Positions 57,360 to 64,000 of a stretch of DNA of 64,000 nucleotides are shown here, piece by piece. The notes under the pieces were generated by a model, which made no database searches, was not told the origin of the DNA, and was given only the letters and a program-made list of their open reading frames with translations. The stretch's first letter is position 1; each line of letters begins with the position of its first letter. The translations under genes were made by a program, and so were the position numbers. The stretch covers positions 15,671 through 79,670 of the forward strand of contig CAZHWT010000001.1 of the NCBI GenBank assembly GCA_964536215.1. Reading direction: 5' to 3'. The stretch is from an uncultured Candidatus Saccharibacteria bacterium (lineage in GTDB: Bacteria > Patescibacteriota > CAZHWT01).

Positions 57360-59047
57360 TGATACCCCCTGGCGGCCAGATGTTGTAAGTGGTGCAGCTT
57401 AGCTTCGGACAATTCTTGTAAGTTTTGCCAATGATCTTTGACTACTTGGGCAATCGCATGGTTACCCAATAGATATGGCAGGATAACATAACTAGCCCCC
57501 TGGCGGTAATAGATGAGGGCATCTTCAACATTAGTAGCGGTTAAAACTAGTGGAGTGTTGGGGGCTAGTTGATTGCGTAAATGCATAATCTGTAGGTTAG
57601 CATGGTGCTGATCTATGGAGGAGACGATCAATTTAGCCCGACTAATACTAGCCTCTTCTAAGACTGTTTCGTCGGTGGCATCGCCAAAAATAGTTGGATA
57701 TCGATCGCCATCCAAATCCACTACTCGCTGCGGATTGTATTCAACCACGACTAGGGGTACGGAAAGTTGCTTGAGGAGGTGCAAAATGTCTTCGCCCAAA
57801 CTACTAGCGCCAAGGATGACTACGTGATCCTGCAATGAATGAGTCTTAATCTTATCACGACGCGATGAAGTTTTTTCCAAACGATTAAAGAGGGGTCGCA
57901 GCCAACGATAGACGGCCTGTTGGTGCTTTAGAACATAGCTCTGGCCTAGAATGGTGACTAGCACTACGGCCGTGATTAAAGAGGCAACCCGAGGATCTAA
58001 CTGATGTAAATTAAGGCCTAGCGACACCACTAGTAGGGAGAATTCACCGATTTGGCCGAATAATTGTGAGGTAAAGAAGATAGTATGCCGCTTGTACCCC
58101 AGGCGACCCAAAACAAAGGCAACACAGAACTGATTAAGAACGATAACTAATAGGCTTAGGATGACAATTGGTATGAGTAGCGAACCGATGGCTGTCAGGG
58201 ATAGTTGTAGGCCAATGACGATAAAGAACAGGGCGATAAAAAAATCCCGAAGGGGCTTAATACTAGCTACGATCTGGTAGCGATAGGCTGAAGCGGAGAG
58301 ACATAGTCCAGCCAAGAAGGCGCCAATCTCCAGAGAAAAGCCGGTCCATTGAGCAATGGCGGCCATAAAGACGCATAGTCCAATACTGCCTAAGAATAGT
58401 AGTTCGGCCGACGAAGCGAGAGCAAAGAAAAGCTTGGGAACGACGTAGCGGCTAAAGGCGAAACTACCAACTAGTAAGGCTGCACCTTTCGTGAGCATTA
58501 GCGCTGTTTCGATCACCCCTAATTGGCCGGCAGCTCCAGAGCTAATACTAGTGAGGAAAATGAGCGCTCCAACGGCTAAAAGGTCCTGGACGAGTAAAAT
58601 ACCTAAGCCTAAGCGACCATGAAGGGAGAAGACGGCATTTTGGTCGTTTAGCCATTTGACGGCAATAATGGTGGAGGTAAGCGGCAGAGAAAGAGCAATA
58701 AATAGAGAAACGGTCGGGCTAAATCCTAAAAGCTGGCTGGCTAGCCAACCGGCCGAACCAACTACGGCGACTTGAGTAATGGCTACAATAGTAGCGGTTT
58801 TACCCATTTTTTTAATTTCGGTCAGGCTCAACTCTAGGCCAACCAAAAACAATAAGAAGGCAATACCAAGTTCGCCTAAAAAGGCCAGCGTTTGTGGCGA
58901 AGTTATATGAACGGCGCCGGCGTTAGCGACTACCATACCGGTAATCAAGTAGGCGAAAAATAGTGGTTGTTTAAGACGGTAGCAGATGAGGCCTAATAGT
59001 GTGGCCAGAGTCAGAATACCGCCCAGCTCGAAGAATAGTTGATCCAT
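57356..59047 (-). CDS. CPA2 cation:proton antiporter with TrkA-N (KTN) domain, Kef-like
   Basis: LGIAFLLFLVGLE, GILLVQD, IGAFLAG, PLRDFF, QIGEFS, FGDATD. Confidence 0.9.
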   Translation of the reverse strand: MDQLFFELGGILTLATLLGLICYRLKQPLFFAYLITGMVVANAGAVHITSPQTLAFLGELGIAFLLFLVGLELSLTEIKKMGKTATIVAITQVAVVGSAGWLASQLLGFSPTVSLFIALSLPLTSTIIAVKWLNDQNAVFSLHGRLGLGILLVQDLLAVGALIFLTSISSGAAGQLGVIETALMLTKGAALLVGSFAFSRYVVPKLFFALASSAELLFLGSIGLCVFMAAIAQWTGFSLEIGAFLAGLCLSASAYRYQIVASIKPLRDFFIALFFIVIGLQLSLTAIGSLLIPIVILSLLVIVLNQFCVAFVLGRLGYKRHTIFFTSQLFGQIGEFSLLVVSLGLNLHQLDPRVASLITAVVLVTILGQSYVLKHQQAVYRWLRPLFNRLEKTSSRRDKIKTHSLQDHVVILGASSLGEDILHLLKQLSVPLVVVEYNPQRVVDLDGDRYPTIFGDATDETVLEEASISRAKLIVSSIDQHHANLQIMHLRNQLAPNTPLVLTATNVEDALIYYRQGASYVILPYLLGNHAIAQVVKDHWQNLQELSEAKLHHLQHLAARGYQ

Positions 59048-59253
59048 GGCAGTGTAGCCCCAGGAAGGGCTTATATTATACTACCTGATTTATGATGATA
59101 TGAAAAGAAAAACGACAGGCAAGGGAGAGATGGGTCGTTCGTTATTCGCTTTTGGTGTTAGTTGATGGAGGGAAGGGGCGGCGAGTTACGCTTTCTTTTG
59201 GACTTCTCTCCTCCGCCAGCGGCTGACCAGTCTTGGTCGAGGCTCGGGGTAGA

Positions 59254-59943
59254 CTAGCCTTCTTCTTTGAGGCTGGCGAGAAAATTAGACAGGTCTTGCG
59301 GGAGGTCGGCGTGAAACTGGACGGGTTGACCAGTGGTGGGGTGAGTAAATTGTAAGGTTTCGGCGTGGAGAAATTGGCGGATATTGGAACTGTCTTTGCG
59401 GCGGCCGTAAATTTTATCGCCAATAATAGGCAGTCTAAGGGCGGCTAGGTGAACGCGTATCTGATGAGTGCGACCGGTGTGGGGCGCAACTTTGAGTAAG
59501 GTGACGTGCTGGTCTTGAAAGCGGTAGGTTTGGCGCTGCCAGAATTCGGTTTGGGCCTCTCTTCCACCTTCGGTAACGACATATTTGTAACCATAGACCG
59601 GATGCCGAGCAATGGGAGCGTCGATAATGGCGTGCTGGTCAGGACAATTGCCCCAGACCAACGCGGCGTAGTGTTTGTGGACGTGGCGAGTTTTAAATTG
59701 ATCCTGGAGGTTGGCTTGAGCCTGAGGAGTTTTGGCAATAACCATTAGGCCAGAGGTGTCTTTGTCGAGACGGTGGACGATACCTTTGCGCTCTACCCCA
59801 TCGTGGTCTGGCAAGGCTTGCTCAAGCGTTTGTTGGCTATGGGTATGGGAATCCTGAACAATGAGGCCGGCCGGTTTGTCGATAACCATTATAGCCTCAT
59901 CCTCAAAGAGGATGGGTGGGAGTTGCGGAGATTGACTGGACAT
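59254..59943 (-). CDS. RluA/RluD-family pseudouridine synthase (no S4 domain)
   Basis: IDKPAGL, VHRLDKDTSG, TGRTHQIRVH, GDKIYG, FLHA. Confidence 0.93.
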   Translation of the reverse strand: MSSQSPQLPPILFEDEAIMVIDKPAGLIVQDSHTHSQQTLEQALPDHDGVERKGIVHRLDKDTSGLMVIAKTPQAQANLQDQFKTRHVHKHYAALVWGNCPDQHAIIDAPIARHPVYGYKYVVTEGGREAQTEFWQRQTYRFQDQHVTLLKVAPHTGRTHQIRVHLAALRLPIIGDKIYGRRKDSSNIRQFLHAETLQFTHPTTGQPVQFHADLPQDLSNFLASLKEEG

Positions 59944-59948
59944 TAGAT

Positions 59949-60326
59949 TTAGGCGTGATTGGCAGCTAGGAAGTTGCGAACTTCGTTGAGGACTTGGTCG
60001 GGGGCCATGGCAGATTTTATAAGATAGCCGACGGCTCCAGATTCGGAGGCTTCTTTAATTAAGGCCTCTTGTCCCAAGTTGGTCAACATGACAATTTGAC
60101 CAGCTCGCTTTTTGTCATCTGGAGACAGCTCCTTTAATACAGCTATGCCGTCTTTTTTGGGCATCATAATGTCCAATAGCACCAGGTCAAATTTGCCGTT
60201 GCGAATAGCGGCGATGGCCTCCTCCCCATCCACTACCGTGGTAATCTGATAATCTTCTTGGGAGAGGATATCTTGATATAGGTCGCGTAAAAATTGATCG
60301 TCTTCAACAACTAGAATGTGAGCCAT
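59949..60326 (-). CDS. Single-domain response regulator (receiver only)
   Basis: ILVVEDD, LLDIMMPKKDG, MLTN, YLIK; start corrected to ATG 60326 (TACACT 6 nt upstream). Confidence 0.92.
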   Translation of the reverse strand: MAHILVVEDDQFLRDLYQDILSQEDYQITTVVDGEEAIAAIRNGKFDLVLLDIMMPKKDGIAVLKELSPDDKKRAGQIVMLTNLGQEALIKEASESGAVGYLIKSAMAPDQVLNEVRNFLAANHA

Positions 60327-60555
60327 GACTATAGTGTAGCATATCACTGTAAAGATTATAAGACCCGAGGAGAAAGGTGCAAGGTTCAGGTGTCCAAATG
60401 CCAAGTTAGGTAAGCGTCAAGATTCAAGAGTTCAAATGTCAAAGGAAGGTAGAAGAAGTAAGGTATACGTAATTTTTACGACTTGAAGCTTACGTCTTTG
60501 TTTGGTATTTGGACTCTTGAATCTTGGCATTTGGATTCTGGTGGCTTACGTCTTT

Positions 60556-62742
60556 TTATATTGGATGGTAAATGTGAGGCTTGGTGGATGATGGAGCGGT
60601 TTTGGCTTCGGTAATGGGTAGGCTAAAGAAAAAGGTGGAGCCCTCCCCTACTTGGCTGTCGACCCAAATCTTACCTTTGGATAGGCTGATAAATTGCTGA
60701 CAGAGGTATAGGCCAAGGCCAGTGCCCGGGATGCCAGCGGTGCTGGCTAAGCGGCTGAATTTTTGGAAGAGGCGCTTTTGGTCTTCTGGGCTTATGCCAG
60801 GCCCGGTGTCAGTGATAGCGGTGACGAGGTGTTTTTTATCTGAGTAAAACTGAATGGTGATGCTACCGCCGGGTGGGGTAAATTTGAGGGCGTTGCCAAT
60901 AAGGTTGGTGAGGACTTGGTGAATCTTGTCTGGGTCGCACATGACTTGAGGGAGACGGCTGGCGGCTTTAATGGTTAATTTCTGTTGGTTTTCTAGGGCT
61001 TTGGGGGTTAACTCCTCTACTACTTGTTTAGTTAAGGCTGGCAATTTGGTTGGCTCGGGGTTGAGCTGTACTCTCCCCGATTCGATGCGAGAGATGTCGA
61101 GCGTATCATTGACCAGGCCAATCAATCGCTCCGAGGATATATAGGCGCGGTCCATGTACTGCTTAAAGTTCTCATCTCGGCGCTTGGCGTGCATGGCCAT
61201 CCACAAATAGCCTCTGATGGCAGTTAGTGGAGTGCGCAATTCATGAGAAGTGACCGAAATAAACTCATCTTTCAGCTTGTCCAGCTGCTCTAGCTGATGA
61301 TTCTTGCGCGTTAATTGCTCGTTAGCCGCCTGCAACTCCTTAGTCGCCTTATTTACTTCACTACGCAACGTCTCGTTAAACTGACTTACTTGCTGGTAAC
61401 TAAGCGCATTTTCAATTGCAACAGCTAACTCAGGGCCAAGTATCTCCAGAACTTCAAGATCTTGGGTAGTGTATACGTCGCCAGATTGCTTATTGCCTAA
61501 CACAATCAAACCGCTGACGGTTTGATTATTAGCAAAGGGCACAATGACGGCTATTTCTTTCTGTTTCATTAGTTCAGACAGCTCACCATCTTCAGCGTCT
61601 GATGCATACGTATCTCGGGCAGTTAGAAACTGTGCCATCGTCTTGGTGTCAAGTTGACTAATCTCCTGATAATCCTGTTGGGCTAATAGTTGAAGCTTTC
61701 CTTCGCTGGTTATAAAGATGGCGGCTTTTTGAATATGAACTGTCGTAATGAGTTCATTTAAAACTGATTGAGTCAGGGTGCGGATATTTAATGTGCTCGA
61801 TATTAGTCGGGACAAGTTAGCCAGTAGGGCGCTAGAGCTGTAGTGATCTTTAAAAAATATCCTCTCGGTAACATGATCAAAAAAGTGTTTGACTGGCTGG
61901 AAAGTAAAGGCCATAAAAACAGCCATAATTGTATAAGCTACTTGCTGTGGTATTGTGCTCTGAGCATGCGGAAAGAAGCTGTCAACTACGCGAAAAACAA
62001 TTAAGCCATACGCTAGCCCCATAGATGTAATAACTAGTACATAGGCTAGTAATCTTGCAACTACCAATCTTATATCAAATAGACCATGTTTTATGATGGC
62101 ATAGGCAACTGATCCTGTAAAAAACACCGTTACTAGAGGACCCAGTTTGGCAATTTGCCAATCATTAATAGCTACGGGGATAATAACATTTGTCAACAGG
62201 GCGATACCTACGCTGGCGATAATACCCAGAGAGATAAGCTTAGCTTGTGTAGATATAATTGGACTGGATGCTTTTCTTAATTTGTTTAAATTATAGGTGA
62301 TTAAAACTAAAGAGCCGCCCAATAGTGCCACATATAAATAGTATAAAGGTCCGACCAAAATATTAGTTATGCTCCCTTGTATACTTACTCCCTCTGTTAC
62401 TAGCGAACTGGCGGAAAAAATGGACCCAATGAACCACAAGGCAATATAGGAAACTTTTTCCCGTAGAGTACTTGTTTTTCTTGTCTCGAAATACCGTGTA
62501 AATATAGCCAGCCAGTATAGAATGTTAAATCCTGCAAGCAAGGTTACCTTGGTCGACGCAAGCCTTAAATTGGGGGTGGCTGCGTGGTCGATAAGATAAT
62601 TAAATAGCGACCATACGACTATCGAGATACACGCTGCAAAGAAAATCTTTGTCGTAGATACTTTTGTGTTACGCAAAAAAACAATCAGACCCAAGCTGAG
62701 GTTAATACTTATAGCTATTGCAAGTATAGCGATATCTATCAT
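60556..62742 (-). CDS. Sensor histidine kinase: multi-TM (HisKA_7TM-like) N-terminus, GAF-like domain, HisKA, HATPase
   Basis: SHELRTPL H-box, NLIGNALKF, DTGPGI, GTGLGL; AYAIIKHGLFDI membrane motif; LGNKQSGDVYTTQDLEVL GAF end. Confidence 0.93.
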   Translation of the reverse strand: MIDIAILAIAISINLSLGLIVFLRNTKVSTTKIFFAACISIVVWSLFNYLIDHAATPNLRLASTKVTLLAGFNILYWLAIFTRYFETRKTSTLREKVSYIALWFIGSIFSASSLVTEGVSIQGSITNILVGPLYYLYVALLGGSLVLITYNLNKLRKASSPIISTQAKLISLGIIASVGIALLTNVIIPVAINDWQIAKLGPLVTVFFTGSVAYAIIKHGLFDIRLVVARLLAYVLVITSMGLAYGLIVFRVVDSFFPHAQSTIPQQVAYTIMAVFMAFTFQPVKHFFDHVTERIFFKDHYSSSALLANLSRLISSTLNIRTLTQSVLNELITTVHIQKAAIFITSEGKLQLLAQQDYQEISQLDTKTMAQFLTARDTYASDAEDGELSELMKQKEIAVIVPFANNQTVSGLIVLGNKQSGDVYTTQDLEVLEILGPELAVAIENALSYQQVSQFNETLRSEVNKATKELQAANEQLTRKNHQLEQLDKLKDEFISVTSHELRTPLTAIRGYLWMAMHAKRRDENFKQYMDRAYISSERLIGLVNDTLDISRIESGRVQLNPEPTKLPALTKQVVEELTPKALENQQKLTIKAASRLPQVMCDPDKIHQVLTNLIGNALKFTPPGGSITIQFYSDKKHLVTAITDTGPGISPEDQKRLFQKFSRLASTAGIPGTGLGLYLCQQFISLSKGKIWVDSQVGEGSTFFFSLPITEAKTAPSSTKPHIYHPI

Positions 62743-63593
62743 GATTGAGGTTTCATATCAGGACTAAAATCAACCACCTGGTCTAGATCTTTACCGTTAA
62801 TGATTTTCTGGAAGTAATATTCGCTTTTTTCTTTAAATGAATCTTTTAAGCGTGTAACATCCACAATAATGGGAGTACTGGCATCCGACCCTAAATAATA
62901 TTTAGATTCGGCTATTGGATGGTAGTCAAATCCGATATGCTTAAGATATCTCAATACAGTGTCATCAATGACTGCTACCCAGTTTTTTATATCATTGTTC
63001 ACAGAGTGTTTGCAAAGACTATAATACAGTGATAGAGAGGTCTTACGATGTTCTTTAGTGCCTCTATATTCAGGAGCCACTGCTAACGCGCCGATATCCC
63101 AAGTCCGATCCAAATCTAAGCCATATGTACCACAGATTTTATCAATAGGTATATTCCATTCATTTTCTATATCCACAAGCGATTTTAGGCCTACTTCTGA
63201 ATTTTTGATAACTCTAACAACACCTTCGGGGAGTTTTTCCTGCTGATCTATAGCAGTAATAAACTGACTAGAATTCTCATACGCTCCATACTCTTCATCG
63301 AGCTGATTGGCTGTATTTTCAAACTTCTCATAGAATACACTGCTTTCTACAGAGCGCGATAGGTTGGAATATTTACTTTGACCGTCGATCAGATATATGC
63401 CTGAAGGCTTAGGGTTAGCTGGATTAATGCTGTGCCGCTCTAGGAATTGAGAGACTTCTTTCTGAATATCACTCTTCTCACGTATTTCATAGCTTGGCAA
63501 AAACTTTTGGTCGGAGCGATCTTCGCCTTTTTCCTCTCCCCGACCGGGAATATTAAAGTCTGAGCCCATGAAGCCTGATTCACCGAACGGCAT
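62739..63593 (-). CDS. GNAT-fold acyltransferase resembling LuxI/FeeM-type N-acyl signal synthases
   Basis: R..E..VF, DEEYGAYE, GVVRVI, WDIGALAVAPEYRG, VAVID...LKHIG follow the order of LuxI/FeeM conserved blocks. Confidence 0.62.
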   Translation of the reverse strand: MPFGESGFMGSDFNIPGRGEEKGEDRSDQKFLPSYEIREKSDIQKEVSQFLERHSINPANPKPSGIYLIDGQSKYSNLSRSVESSVFYEKFENTANQLDEEYGAYENSSQFITAIDQQEKLPEGVVRVIKNSEVGLKSLVDIENEWNIPIDKICGTYGLDLDRTWDIGALAVAPEYRGTKEHRKTSLSLYYSLCKHSVNNDIKNWVAVIDDTVLRYLKHIGFDYHPIAESKYYLGSDASTPIIVDVTRLKDSFKEKSEYYFQKIINGKDLDQVVDFSPDMKPQS

Positions 63594-63595
63594 GG

Positions 63596-63937
63596 CTAAA
63601 AGTCCTTAAACGCAATATCGGTTGTGTTAAAAAACTCTTGCGTAAAACTGACCGCGTCTTGGCTGGAAAATTCTTTGCAAGTATAAATGTCTACACTGAA
63701 GAATACAAAAGGTTCATCCCAGGCGTAGAAATGAGCTCCAGATGTCTCCCAATGTATCCATCCCGCCCATCCGAAGCGGTCAGAACGATGGGTGATTGGC
63801 TCAATAAGAGTTTTCATCTTTAAAACACTCGACAACTCAGAAAGATATCTCTTTATATCACTATCTTCAATACGCTTATTACAGGTACCTTCTACTACCA
63901 TGCGTTGACGGTAAATGCTGGGCGCTAAATCTCTCAT
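63596..63937 (-). CDS. S-adenosylmethionine decarboxylase-like (SpeD class 1b fold) proenzyme
   Basis: LSSVLKM, GWIHWETSGAHFYAW and FSVDIYTCKEF resemble the AESHISIHTW...DVFTC motifs; ATG 63937 (alternative TTG 63970). Confidence 0.72.
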   Translation of the reverse strand: MRDLAPSIYRQRMVVEGTCNKRIEDSDIKRYLSELSSVLKMKTLIEPITHRSDRFGWAGWIHWETSGAHFYAWDEPFVFFSVDIYTCKEFSSQDAVSFTQEFFNTTDIAFKDF

Positions 63938-64000
63938 GTTTATGGTCTGATTATGACCAGAATTGGTCAATTCAAGATTATTTTTTTGTTTGTTATTTTT

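Overview
64-kb chromosomal window from a small-genome bacterium. Gene content, the PilQ-less type IV pilus locus, the DUF87/VirB4-like ATPase and the intergenic 7/8-mer repeats point to Patescibacteria/CPR (inference). TGA is used as a stop, so the code is the standard code 11. Most of the window is housekeeping (pheT end, manC-like, two class A PBPs, tyrS, recG, rsmD, rpmF-nusB-acp-rnc-rpsP-khpA, holB-like, gyrB-gyrA, rnhB, alkA-like, xer, yebC, tgt, kef, rluA) plus a 14-kb type IV pilus cluster. I saw no rRNA, tRNA, CRISPR array or transposase. The best candidates for new biology are: (1) an AT-rich, translationally coupled cassette at the right end encoding an AdoMetDC-like pyruvoyl enzyme, a LuxI/FeeM-like acyltransferase and a 7TM-GAF histidine kinase, followed by a stand-alone receiver, which may be a signal synthase/receptor system; (2) two copies of a promoter, leaderless leader peptide and antiterminator/terminator module controlling orphan genes; (3) a dispersed family of alternating purine-pyrimidine palindromes, two of them perfect 36-mers; (4) 7/8-mer tandem repeats that invade coding sequences in frame; (5) a 1.3-kb non-coding region next to xer with DnaA-box-like sites and a dif-like inverted repeat. 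All calls come from reading the sequence and recognising motifs; no database searches were run.
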